This document shows positions 1 through 8,990 of a DNA stretch of 64,000 bases, one piece after another. The notes beneath the pieces were generated by a model. That model searched no databases, was not told where the DNA came from, and saw only the letters and a program-made list of their open reading frames with translations. Position 1 is the first letter of the stretch, and each line of letters opens with the position of its first letter. Source of the DNA: Acidobacteriota bacterium (lineage in GTDB: Bacteria > Acidobacteriota > UBA890 > WLXD01); the NCBI GenBank assembly GCA_963666055.2, contig CAXWPH010000009.1, positions 17,227-81,226 on the forward strand, written 5' to 3'. The position numbers and the translations under genes were made by a program.

Positions 1-1942
1 CGGGCTCTGAGGCACCCGAGATCGCCGCGGCGAAACGGCCGCTCTTGGTGATCAAGTAGTTGGTCAGGATTCCGCCATAGGACAAGCCGACGACGCCGAT
101 CCTTTCAGGATCGATCGCATCGCGCTGCTGCAAGTGATCCACCCCGGCCAGCACATCGTCGAAATCGGCGCCTCCCCACTCGGCCCACAGGCTATGTGCG
201 AACGCCTGTCCGTACCCCGATGAGCCTCGCGGGTTCAGAAAGAGCACCGCGTAACCCTGCGCCGCGAGCCATTGACGCTCCCAGGAGAATGCCCAGGTGA
301 ACTGATCCATCGGACCACCGTGCAGGCGCACGATGAGCGGGTGTCGCGCACCCTCGGCGGCATCCAGCGGCCGCATGAGCCAGCCTTCTATGACCTGCTC
401 CTCGGTGCTAGAAAAGCGAAGTGGCTCCGGCTCCGCAAGCCGCACGCTACGACGCCACCGCTGGTTGAGCTCTGTGAGCCGCACCAGATCGACCGCCGGC
501 GGCAACGCGGTGGGCTGCATATGCGCGTTCGGATCGCGCAGTGGCACGGCCGTCCGTTGAGCGTCGGTGGCAACCGCGTAGATCTCCGCTGGCTCGCTTC
601 CCCACGAGAGCTCGGCCAACACCTGGGATCCATCGCCGGTGAGGGTGAACGCGCCGACCACGCGCGGTCCGGCGATAACGGCGCCCGCGGTACCTGCCGG
701 AACGGCTGGCGCAGCGCGACGACGCCCGATGCCCAGGAACCCGCGACGTCGCTCACCGAGACGCGTCAAGCCGGTGGACACTTGTAGCAACGGTACGGTC
801 CCGCGGTCCTGAATCGTCACGTAGATCGTTGCCCGATCGGAGGACCAGGCCGGCGCGGAAGCGATTGGGCGATCGATCTCGGCGGTTAGTTCCTGTGCCT
901 CTCCGATCTGAAGCTCGGCGGGCGGCGGACCATCGTCGTCCTCGCCTTGCGGCGGGTACAGGCCGATCATGCGCAATCGGCTATTGGCGTAGACGGGTGG
1001 GTCGTCGGGAGTATACCGGTAGGCCAGGAACCGGCTGTCGGGCGACCAGGCGGGAACGGCCTCCGTTCCGCTGCTGTTCGTAACCCGAATCGGCTGGCCG
1101 CCCTCCGGGCTCACCAGCCAGATCTCTGACTTGTTGTCAGCGGCGGCGGATTCCTGCGCTCGGTTCGAGACGAACGCAATCCATCGGCCATCAGCCGACC
1201 AGGCGGGCGAGGCGCCGTCCTGGGGACCTTCGGTGAGGCGACGAACCGGCAGCGGGGCCGACGCGTGGTCGGGAACGTCAGCCACGAAGAGATGATATCG
1301 CCGCGCGCCCAGGTACCCGACGCCGTGGGCTCTGGACTGCAACCGCGTTACCACCCAGGGCAGCGTGTGTCGCTCCGCCGGCGTGTGCGGCGCCGGCGCT
1401 AGCAGCCTCGCGCTGGTAGTCGGCTCGGCGATGGCGCCGGCTCCGAGCGTCGGCAACGCCGTAGGAGCCGATACCCGCGACTCCTGGCTCACCAGTACGA
1501 TGCGATCACCATCTGGACCCCAGGCGAAATCGGTCACTCCTTCCGCTAGGCCAGTCAGCCGCCAAGGCGCGCTACCGCTCCATGGCAGCAGCCAGACTTG
1601 AGAATCTCGCAGGTACGCCAGCCACGAACCGTCGGGCGACAGGCGCGGGTGCGACCCCGTCTCTACGAGACGGCGCAAGCCACTACCGCTAGGGCTCATC
1701 TCCCACAGCGAGGTCACACTGGCGTCGGCAGCACGGTCCATCCGCGTGCGCGAGAAGACGACACGTCGACCGTCGAGGCTGGCCTCGATGTCCCCGGTGC
1801 GGACCATCTCGTAATAATCGGCGAGCTCGAGCAGCCGCAACGCTGGCTGCTGCTGCTGAGCGGCGACGGCGGCAGGTTCGGCCAGGAGCAGCCCCACCAA
1901 CAGGAGCCACCTGGTGGCACAAGACGCACGTCGGCTGGGCAT
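1..1942 (-). CDS. S9 family serine peptidase (dipeptidyl/acylaminoacyl peptidase), 3' end runs off the window
   Basis: Not in the ORF track; translated by hand from both ends, which are in frame. Begins MPSRRASCATRWLLLVGLLLAEPAAVAA (signal peptide, GGAGG RBS), has SPDG beta-propeller repeats, HGGP, NPRGSSGYG and the nucleophile motif GLSYGG near base 80. Confidence 0.9.
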   Translation of the reverse strand, partial: MPSRRASCATRWLLLVGLLLAEPAAVAAQQQQPALRLLELADYYEMVRTGDIEASLDGRRVVFSRTRMDRAADASVTSLWEMSPSGSGLRRLVETGSHPRLSPDGSWLAYLRDSQVWLLPWSGSAPWRLTGLAEGVTDFAWGPDGDRIVLVSQESRVSAPTALPTLGAGAIAEPTTSARLLAPAPHTPAERHTLPWVVTRLQSRAHGVGYLGARRYHLFVADVPDHASAPLPVRRLTEGPQDGASPAWSADGRWIAFVSNRAQESAAADNKSEIWLVSPEGGQPIRVTNSSGTEAVPAWSPDSRFLAYRYTPDDPPVYANSRLRMIGLYPPQGEDDDGPPPAELQIGEAQELTAEIDRPIASAPAWSSDRATIYVTIQDRGTVPLLQVSTGLTRLGERRRGFLGIGRRRAAPAVPAGTAGAVIAGPRVVGAFTLTGDGSQVLAELSWGSEPAEIYAVATDAQRTAVPLRDPNAHMQPTALPPAVDLVRLTELNQRWRRSVRLAEPEPLRFSSTEEQVIEGWLMRPLDAAEGARHPLIVRLHGGPMDQFTWAFSWERQWLAAQGYAVLFLNPRGSSGYGQAFAHSLWAEWGGADFDDVLAGVDHLQQRDAIDPERIGVVGLSYGGILTNYLITKSGRFAAAISGASEP

Positions 1943-2018
1943 GGGGCCTCCATCAGCCTGTTCAGTTTTCGGGGAGGCGGAGTTTGCCGTGCTCGTACGG
2001 CCTCGTCCATCCTATGGT

Positions 2019-2759
2019 ATGGCATTTCAACTCCGGCGCGCCGACGCTGTTTTCTTCGATCTCGACGACACCCTGGCCGACACGCTCGGAACGCTGGTCG
2101 GTCCGGCGTTGCAACAAGCTGCGGCGCGCATGGTCGCCGCCGGGCTCGATACCGATGAATCGACGGCCGCAGATTTCATGTGGCGGCTGGCCGAGCGCGG
2201 CGAGGGAGCAGACTACTTTGCTGGCGCGCTGGAACGCTTCGGGGCGATCAGCGGCGGAGATTCGGCAATCGCCGAGCTCGGCCGGCGTACTTACTTCACC
2301 ACCGATGTCTCGGCGCTACGTCTCCTCCCCGGCGGCCGGGCCCTGCTGGAAGCGCTCGCTCCCAAGCACGCGTTGTTCCTGGTAACCGCCGGCGACCCCC
2401 AGACCCAACAACGGAAGCTCGAGCGGCTGGCGATCACCCGCTTCTTCCGCGCCGTACGGCTGGTGTCTTCGATCGCCGGCGAAAGTAAACGCAACGCGTT
2501 CAAGGAGCTGGTTGCAGAGCACGCGCTGGCACCGCAGCATTGTATTTGTGTGGGTGACCGGTTGGTCGGCGAGATCCGCGACGGCAACAAGCTCGGGATG
2601 ACGACGATCTGGATACAGCACGGCGAGTTCCGTCACCTGGGAGCGCAGACCAAAAACGACCAGCCGAGTCACACGGTAGCAAGCCTGAGCGAGCTCGCGG
2701 CGCTGTTCGGTGTGGAACGAGCGACCGCCGGTGGGGGAGATGCTAGAGCCAGTCAGTAG
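2019..2759 (+). CDS. HAD-superfamily hydrolase
   Basis: FFDLDDTL motif I, VT motif II, VGDRLVGEI motif IV; start trimmed to ATG 2019. Confidence 0.85.
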   Translation: MAFQLRRADAVFFDLDDTLADTLGTLVGPALQQAAARMVAAGLDTDESTAADFMWRLAERGEGADYFAGALERFGAISGGDSAIAELGRRTYFTTDVSALRLLPGGRALLEALAPKHALFLVTAGDPQTQQRKLERLAITRFFRAVRLVSSIAGESKRNAFKELVAEHALAPQHCICVGDRLVGEIRDGNKLGMTTIWIQHGEFRHLGAQTKNDQPSHTVASLSELAALFGVERATAGGGDARASQ

Positions 2760-3102
2760 ACGCACGTACGCGCGCATCGAGGAGCTCGTGAACGAGGATG
2801 TGGTGTGCGGTCACACGATTCGCTTTTGTCCTTGCCGCGTTCTGCCCGAGACGGTGCTGAACCTGAAAGGTGTAATCCTGGAGATTCAGCGACTGTGGAT
2901 CGGTAGTCTCGGAACCGTCGTCTGGGACGAGCTGCAATCGCATTCGGACGGCCGACGGTTCTTCGCGGGCCAGGTACGCCTCGTCGATGTGCAGGAGGGG
3001 CGGCCGCAGATGGTGGCCGTGTGGCTGCGCGTCCCGGCCGACTACCCGCGCCGGTTCAAAGTGCAGCTAGTCGATACAATCGAACCGTGGAGCCTACCGT
3101 AG
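2740..3102 (+). CDS. hypothetical protein
   Basis: Overlaps the HAD stop, plausible composition, fills the gap before pyk. Confidence 0.6.
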   Translation: MLEPVSRRTYARIEELVNEDVVCGHTIRFCPCRVLPETVLNLKGVILEIQRLWIGSLGTVVWDELQSHSDGRRFFAGQVRLVDVQEGRPQMVAVWLRVPADYPRRFKVQLVDTIEPWSLP

Positions 3103-3155
3103 GGATCGATGTTGACACCTCGCCCGCGCGGCGAATCGGTACTGGAGCGAACGCG

Positions 3156-4655
3156 ATGAAGCAGAGCGCCGGGCAAACGCGCCGGACCAAGATCGTCTGC
3201 ACGATCGGTCCGGCAACGCAGGAGCGCGACCAGCTCGAAGCTCTCATTGACGCTGGCATGGACGTGGCGCGGTTGAATTTCTCCCACGGGGAGCCGGAAT
3301 GGCATCGCAGTACCGTTGCGCTCATCCGTGCCATCTCGGCCGAGCGGAAGCACCCCATCGGCATCATGCTGGATATTCCCGGCCCCAAGCTTCGGATCGG
3401 CGATATCCCCGATGGACCCATCTTTCTGGTTAGTGGCTCCGTCGTGCGACTCGTACCCGGCGACGCACCAGGAAACGCCGGCGAGATCTCGGTCAACTAC
3501 GCCGCGCTGCCGGACGAGCTGGAGCCCGCCGACCGGATCTTCCTCGGCGACGGCGATGTCGAGCTCGAGGTGGAATCGACCGACAGCAAGACAGTGCACT
3601 GCCGCGTGATCTCCGGTGGACCCGTCTCTAGTCACAAGGGCATGAACTTTCCCACCAGGACGCTGTCGTTGCCCAGCATCACGCTCGCTGACCGAGACGC
3701 GATCGCGCTCGGCGTGGAGGTCAAGGTCGACTTCTTGGCGCTGTCGTTCGTTCGTAGCGGCGCCGACGTCGAGCTCGCACGCGGCGTGATTCTCGAACAC
3801 GGTGGTAATTTGCCGGTGATCGCCAAGATCGAGAAGCACGAGGCGATGCAGAATCTGCAAGGGATCATCGAGCAGTCTGACGGATTGCTCGTGGCGCGTG
3901 GCGATCTGGCCGTAGAGATACCTCTGGAGGAGGTACCGCGAGCACAGAAATACATCATTCGGAGCGCTAACGTCGCCGGGAAGCCGGTGATCACTGCAAC
4001 CCAGATGCTGCAATCGATGCTAACGGCCACACGACCAACACGTGCCGAGGCCACCGATGTAGCGAACGCTCTGTACGACGGGACCGACGCCGTGATGCTG
4101 TCGGAAGAGACGGCGGTCGGGTCCAACCCGGTGGGCGCGGTGAACATTATGCGACGTATCTGCCTCGCCACCGAGCGCGACATGGAGTCACACGAGATCG
4201 AACGGAAACTGCCGTCGGAGCGTCGCGGCTCGGTCCCCGACGTGGTCGCCGCAGCGGCAGCCCTGGTCGCTCGCTTGCTGGAGGCAGCCGCGATTCTGGT
4301 TCCGACCCGCACCGGCAGCACGGCTATCAAGATGGCGGAGTTCCGACCGCGTCAGCCGATCCTGGCGATCAGCACACACCCGGCAACAGTAGGAAAGCTG
4401 ACGTTGACCTGGGGCGTGACCCCGTTGCTGGGGAGCGAGGTTCCAACCCACGAAGCGATGCTAGCGGAGGCCGAGGCGACCGCCCGTGAAGAGGGTTTGT
4501 TGCAAGAAGGTGACCTGGTGGTGATCACCGCCGGATTTCCGGTGGGTGGCCCCGGGACAACGAATACCTTGACGGTAAAGGCCATCGGTGAAGACTTGGC
4601 GGTTGGCAGATGGGATGATCATGCTGCTCTATTGACCGATTCCTATGACTCGTGA
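3156..4655 (+). CDS. pyk: pyruvate kinase
   Basis: RRTKIVCTIGPA, ARLNFSHG, IAKIEK, VARGDL, TATQML, DAVMLSEETAVG. Confidence 0.97.
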   Translation: MKQSAGQTRRTKIVCTIGPATQERDQLEALIDAGMDVARLNFSHGEPEWHRSTVALIRAISAERKHPIGIMLDIPGPKLRIGDIPDGPIFLVSGSVVRLVPGDAPGNAGEISVNYAALPDELEPADRIFLGDGDVELEVESTDSKTVHCRVISGGPVSSHKGMNFPTRTLSLPSITLADRDAIALGVEVKVDFLALSFVRSGADVELARGVILEHGGNLPVIAKIEKHEAMQNLQGIIEQSDGLLVARGDLAVEIPLEEVPRAQKYIIRSANVAGKPVITATQMLQSMLTATRPTRAEATDVANALYDGTDAVMLSEETAVGSNPVGAVNIMRRICLATERDMESHEIERKLPSERRGSVPDVVAAAAALVARLLEAAAILVPTRTGSTAIKMAEFRPRQPILAISTHPATVGKLTLTWGVTPLLGSEVPTHEAMLAEAEATAREEGLLQEGDLVVITAGFPVGGPGTTNTLTVKAIGEDLAVGRWDDHAALLTDSYDS

Positions 4656-4669
4656 GCGAGGGCGCGTCG

Positions 4670-5329
4670 ATGTCGTCCCAGTCGATCGAGGACTACATCA
4701 AGGCGATCTTCGAGCTCGGCAGCGGTAAAGCTCCCGTGCGAACGTCGGCGATCGCTGAACGGCTGGAAGTGCGGCCCGCGTCGGTCAGCAACATGATGCG
4801 CCGGCTCGCAACTCTCGCTTTGGTCGAGCACGAACCCTATCGAGGCGTGACTCTGACCGCCGACGGCGAACGCCTGGCTCGACGGATGATCCGGCGCCAT
4901 CGGCTGATTGAGCGTTTTCTGAGCGAGTACCTCGAGTACCCGTGGGACGAGGTTCACGCTGAAGCCGAACGCCTCGAGCACGCGGTAAGCCAGCGTTTCG
5001 TGGCGGCGCTCGATCGTCTGCTTCAAAATCCGGGCACCGATCCGCACGGAGCACCCATACCGGCCAGCGATGGATCGATGGACGACCCCGAGTATCCGCC
5101 GTTGTCCGAGCTGGAGATCGGAGAGACCGCAATCGTGCGCCGTGTCAACGACGGCGACGCGGACCTCCTGCGCTACCTTGGTGAGATCGGCGTGCGCCCC
5201 GATGTGGACCTGGAAATCGTCGATCGTGGAGCCCAGGGCGACCCCATGACGGTACGGGTCGGCGGCCGCATCTGCCATCTGGGTCATGCGGTCGCGGGCG
5301 GCGTGTTCGTGGAACGGGTCTCGGGATAG
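4670..5329 (+). CDS. DtxR/MntR family metal-dependent regulator with FeoA-like C-terminal domain
   Basis: EDYIKAIF, RRHRLIERFL, VHAEAERLEH, DPHGAPIP. Confidence 0.92.
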   Translation: MSSQSIEDYIKAIFELGSGKAPVRTSAIAERLEVRPASVSNMMRRLATLALVEHEPYRGVTLTADGERLARRMIRRHRLIERFLSEYLEYPWDEVHAEAERLEHAVSQRFVAALDRLLQNPGTDPHGAPIPASDGSMDDPEYPPLSELEIGETAIVRRVNDGDADLLRYLGEIGVRPDVDLEIVDRGAQGDPMTVRVGGRICHLGHAVAGGVFVERVSG

Positions 5330-5381
5330 ACTCTCCACACTGCGGTTTCGAGCACTCCAACGAGCAACAAGGTCTTCTCAG

Positions 5382-5777
5382 ATGCCCGTCCTGCGACAAA
5401 TCAGCGTTTTTCTGGAGAACGTCCCCGGCCGCCTGGCGACCCTCTGCAACACGCTGGAGTCGAGCGGCATCGACCTGCGTGCCATGACAACCTCGGAAGG
5501 CAGCGACTATGGAGTCGTCCGCATACTCGTGGACGACGTCGACGGCGCCGAGGAAGCGCTTCGCAACGCCAGCTTGCCGTTTTCGACCATCGAGGTACTG
5601 GCGTTAGAGGTAACCGACGAGCCGGGCGCGCTGGGCAGGGTTGCGGTGCGTCTGGCAGAGGCCGGTATCAACGTCGAGTATGCGTACGCTACCGCCGTAT
5701 CCGGAATGGCCCGGGCACTCTGTGTGTTCAAGGTAGCCGATCCGAACGGCGCCGAAGCGTCGCTCGGACAGCCCTAG
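5382..5777 (+). CDS. tandem ACT-domain protein
   Basis: QISVFLENVPGRL ... DEPGALGRV ... INVEYAYA. Confidence 0.88.
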   Translation: MPVLRQISVFLENVPGRLATLCNTLESSGIDLRAMTTSEGSDYGVVRILVDDVDGAEEALRNASLPFSTIEVLALEVTDEPGALGRVAVRLAEAGINVEYAYATAVSGMARALCVFKVADPNGAEASLGQP

Positions 5778-5786
5778 CGTCTTGAA

Positions 5787-6212
5787 TTGGTACCGCACAC
5801 GGTTGTTGTGGATTTCGCCGTAGCCCTGTTGGCCACATCGGTGGTATGCGATTTGCTGGCCAGCACGGTGGACGAAGGGGATCTTCGCATTGTCGCGTCC
5901 TGGACGCTGATATTCGGCGCGCTGGCGGCGGCATTCGCGGTGCTCTCTGGCTATGCTGCCCACAGCGCCGCGCTACCGGCCGGCGCCGCGGAGGCGACCG
6001 TGCTGCGCCACCGATTCGGTGGTTGGATCGTACTGTTGACGTTTGCGCCGCTCGCTGCGTGGCGCCTGCTGTCCAGAGGACAGCTTCCAAAACGTGGCCG
6101 CAGCTTGTATTGGTTACTGGCGTTACTCGGTGCGGGGGCGCTTGCGGTCACCGCCTACCTCGGCGGCAGCGCGGTATTCCGGCACGGCGTCGGGGTCGCC
6201 CTGGCACCCTGA
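5787..6212 (+). CDS. DUF2231-like membrane protein
   Basis: About 4 TM segments; HxxxVxFxxALL start and YLGGSAVFRHGVGV end. Confidence 0.7.
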   Translation: MVPHTVVVDFAVALLATSVVCDLLASTVDEGDLRIVASWTLIFGALAAAFAVLSGYAAHSAALPAGAAEATVLRHRFGGWIVLLTFAPLAAWRLLSRGQLPKRGRSLYWLLALLGAGALAVTAYLGGSAVFRHGVGVALAP

Positions 6213-6337
6213 TGCGCAGCGGCGCGCCCCTGAGGGCACAACCTCGGACGTCGGCCGCGCCCGGCCGCGATCCCGTGCCTGTTTGTGATGGGCACGAGGT
6301 TTCCCTGGTTGTTACAATCTAGCGCCGAGGAGGGTTT

Positions 6338-6718
6338 ATGCGCTTCACGGTGTCTGAGATCGCAATGGCAACCCGTCTGCGCGGTGCCGGGCTTCAATGG
6401 GATCCGCAGCCAGGCCACTACATTTTCGACATCGACGGCGTCATGAAAGCCGGATCACCGCTCCAGGCCAGCGTGTACCTGATCGCCAGCCCGAATCAGA
6501 CTGCCTCCGCGGCTGGGGGCCATGAGATTCTGGCAAGCGGCTTCGCGTGGCTACCGACATGGGAAGATGCGCGCGCCTGGCTCGTGGACCGCGGAGTCAG
6601 CCCGAAGCAATTGGCCAGGGCGCTCGAGAACGGGCTGGAGGAAGGCCTCAGCGACCGCGAGTCGCTGTACACGCTGATTATCGAGCACCTCGAGAAGGAC
6701 TCGCAGGAAAGCACATAA
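6338..6718 (+). CDS. hypothetical protein
   Basis: GAGGAGG RBS; GLQWDPQPGHY and WLPTWED motifs; TAATG coupling to the next gene. Confidence 0.7.
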   Translation: MRFTVSEIAMATRLRGAGLQWDPQPGHYIFDIDGVMKAGSPLQASVYLIASPNQTASAAGGHEILASGFAWLPTWEDARAWLVDRGVSPKQLARALENGLEEGLSDRESLYTLIIEHLEKDSQEST

Positions 6719-7644
6719 TGTCCTGGAACCGAATCGGGGCTCTTCGCCTCCTGATCGTAGCCTGCGCTCTGCTGCTACCGGCGTGCAACCAGACGCCGAC
6801 GGAGATCACACCGTTACCCCGAGCTGTCGGAGAGGTCCAGGCGATATTGGTGGACGTGACCTCGTTACAGCCGCTGGACCCTGGAACGGACGGCATCTAC
6901 TACCTGTGGGCGCTGCTCGAGCGTAACGAATCGCAAAGCCTCGGCGCATTCAATATCGGCGCCAGCGGCCAAATGGTCGATACTTCGGGGGCCCCGCTCG
7001 GCGAGTTTCGCTCCGACCAATTCTCTTTGCGCGAAACGCTCAGGATGCTGATCACCATCGAGTCAGATGCCGAGGCGCCGTCGGCCCCTAGCGGTATGCA
7101 GATGCTTTCCGGTACTTTCATCGAGGGGGTGGCGACGCTCACGGTGCCTATCTCGTCGGCGATTATGAGCGCCAGCGGTAGTGTACAAATCTTCACACCG
7201 ACGGACGGTCCGGACACCAACGAGACCTCCGGGTTCTGGATGGTGGATGGCAACGGCGATCCTTCAGTGAGCCTGCCCGACACTACCGCCGCGCTGATCT
7301 ATGAGACATTCATCGACATCAACGGCAGCTCCCTCGGCGTCGGCCGGTTCGACCGCTCGGACCAAGCTGACGACTTGTGTCGATTCTGCGCTGACGATGC
7401 GCCGGCACCGGAGCGCCCCGGGGAAGACTTGCTGGTCAACGCGCCCGACGGCCTGACGTTCCCCGCGAGTCTTGCCGGGGCCCGCATTACCGTGAGTCTC
7501 GAGGGCCGGACGTTTGATTTTTTTCCTCGATCACAGCTGATCGTTCTGGAGGGATTTGTTCCGGTTGGCGTGACACCGAGGACGCTCCTCCCGTTGATCA
7601 ATCGGACCGACTCCTTTCCCTCTGGCACAGCCATCCTCTTCTAG
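6718..7644 (+). CDS. lipoprotein with two internally similar beta-rich domains
   Basis: Lipobox LLPAC; repeated pattern YYLW..SLGAF / YETF..GVGRF and ITIE / VSLE. Confidence 0.75.
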   Translation: MSWNRIGALRLLIVACALLLPACNQTPTEITPLPRAVGEVQAILVDVTSLQPLDPGTDGIYYLWALLERNESQSLGAFNIGASGQMVDTSGAPLGEFRSDQFSLRETLRMLITIESDAEAPSAPSGMQMLSGTFIEGVATLTVPISSAIMSASGSVQIFTPTDGPDTNETSGFWMVDGNGDPSVSLPDTTAALIYETFIDINGSSLGVGRFDRSDQADDLCRFCADDAPAPERPGEDLLVNAPDGLTFPASLAGARITVSLEGRTFDFFPRSQLIVLEGFVPVGVTPRTLLPLINRTDSFPSGTAILF

Positions 7645-7653
7645 GAGCATCGC

Positions 7654-8343
7654 TTGAAGTTGCGCTCGCTTCCCGCCGCTTTGCTGTTGATCGGGCTGGC
7701 GCTTGCGCCGAACGCAGCAAACGCATCGCCGGCAGGAAGCCTGATTCCACCGACGGCGGATGAGGAAAACAATCGACGCGGCGCCGGGACCGTCGGTCTG
7801 TTTGATCTTCAGCAGACCATCCGTCGCAGCGACCGGCCGCCTTCGGACCCGGTCGGTGGGTTCCAGATCAGCCTTATCGGAGCAGTGCAGATGCGTGGTT
7901 CGGCTTCAGGTCAGGCGGGTATCGCCTTCAGCTATTTCAAGCGCTCGACCGGCAACGTGGGCATCGAGTTCGAGGGCGGTATGACGCGCGGTCCCAACGG
8001 CCAGATCAACCACGGGCTGATCAGCTTCATCTTTCAGTCTGGCGGGCGGTCCAGCAAGCTAGCACCTTACCTGGCGGTGGGCGGCGGCATCTTTCATGCC
8101 AACGAGCGGTTGCGGGATCGGGTGGTCGAGGCGCTGCCAACGTTCGGTATCGAGCCGATGGAAGGGCTCGAGACGGGCCCGTTGATCGCCTTCGGGCTCG
8201 GCTTTCGCTTCTATCTTTCGGAGAAGGTATCTTTCCGCGCCGACTATCGGGAGATGAAGGCGATTACCAGTGGCAGCGGGAGTCTGTTCAACCGCCTCTT
8301 CTCGCTACGCCGCATCGGCGGATTCCTGTCGTTCCAGCTCTAG
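7654..8343 (+). CDS. outer-membrane beta-barrel protein (8-stranded OmpA-like)
   Basis: Signal peptide, PYLAVGGG, alternating strands GLGFRFYL and SFRADYR, C-terminal FLSFQL. Confidence 0.75.
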   Translation: MKLRSLPAALLLIGLALAPNAANASPAGSLIPPTADEENNRRGAGTVGLFDLQQTIRRSDRPPSDPVGGFQISLIGAVQMRGSASGQAGIAFSYFKRSTGNVGIEFEGGMTRGPNGQINHGLISFIFQSGGRSSKLAPYLAVGGGIFHANERLRDRVVEALPTFGIEPMEGLETGPLIAFGLGFRFYLSEKVSFRADYREMKAITSGSGSLFNRLFSLRRIGGFLSFQL

Positions 8344-8617
8344 TGGCCTGTAACAGATGATCGTTGCATATCGTGGTGGCGAAATGGGTCCGGATGCCAG
8401 GCGCGACGACGAGACGATGTTTGCCCATCGTGGAGGAGGAGCAACGCCGCAGACGGGCCGATTTCGCCGCCATCCTGCGGACAGATGGGCAGTTGCGGGC
8501 GATCTCGGCGTTGCGCCTCGTCGACGATGCCCATTGCATCGCCTTCCTCGCCGCGCCTTGATCTCACCCGCAAATCCCATCTGCGATATGTAACAATTAT
8601 CTGTTACAGGCCGCTAG
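8340..8617. mobile_element. MITE-like element (270 bp, 8344-8613) with 30-bp terminal inverted repeats and CTAG flanks
   Basis: Left end TGGCCTGTAACAGATGATCGTTGCATATCG vs reverse complement of right end CGGCCTGTAACAGATAATTGTTACATATCG (26/30); CTAG at 8340-8343 and 8614-8617; no transposase inside. Confidence 0.7.
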
Positions 8618-8654
8618 GGCCTGAGTCAGGACAATGGCAGGGTGTCCGCACCCG

Positions 8655-8785
8655 CAAGCGAAAGGCCGCCGGGCACCTGCCGGGCTAGCTCACCGGGTTC
8701 AGAGCGAGGGTCCCCTGTTTCCCCTTCCGTCCGACGTTGTCCCGGTTCCGCGAGCCAGCCCGACTGATGCCCGGCGGCCTCACGA
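8655..8785 (-). ncRNA. candidate sigma54-dependent small RNA (long hairpin, purine/GGA-rich loop)
   Basis: 8780-8750 pairs with 8693-8663 over 31 positions with one mismatch and four G-U pairs that only form on the minus strand; 56-nt loop with six GGA; starts just downstream of a -24/-12 promoter; ends are estimates. Confidence 0.6.
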
Positions 8786-8794
8786 CTCTCAAAG

Positions 8795-8811
8795 TGCAAG
8801 TATGATGCCAA
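8795..8811 (-). promoter_or_regulatory. sigma54 (-24/-12) promoter
   Basis: Minus strand TTGGCATCATACTTGCA vs consensus TGGCAC-N5-TTGCW, correct GG-N10-GC spacing. Confidence 0.8.
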
Positions 8812-8924
8812 TCCAAGGCTGGCGAGAACACAGAGACCGCTCCAGCATCGTCGAGCAACGGTAAGTCCCCTCCTGTCAGCGGCTTCGCCGCAGCAGCGCA
8901 ACCTCGCTGAGGAGCGCGGCGCGT

Positions 8925-8941
8925 TCCGATCACGAGTCGGA
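8925..8941. promoter_or_regulatory. possible upstream activator site
   Basis: TCCGA-N7-TCGGA palindrome about 115-130 bp upstream of the sigma54 promoter; short, could be chance. Confidence 0.25.
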
Positions 8942-8990
8942 CAACGGTGATCTGCGTTGCCTTCGACGGCGGGTCGACGACGCGGTGTGG

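Noticed and set aside
272-2158. Several plus-strand ORFs in the track
   Set aside because: They are antisense shadows of the minus-strand S9 peptidase, which the track missed because it runs off the window.
8288-8933. Short ORFs on both strands, two sharing TIICYRPL
   Set aside because: The shared peptide is the translated terminal inverted repeat; the region is better explained by the MITE and the sRNA.
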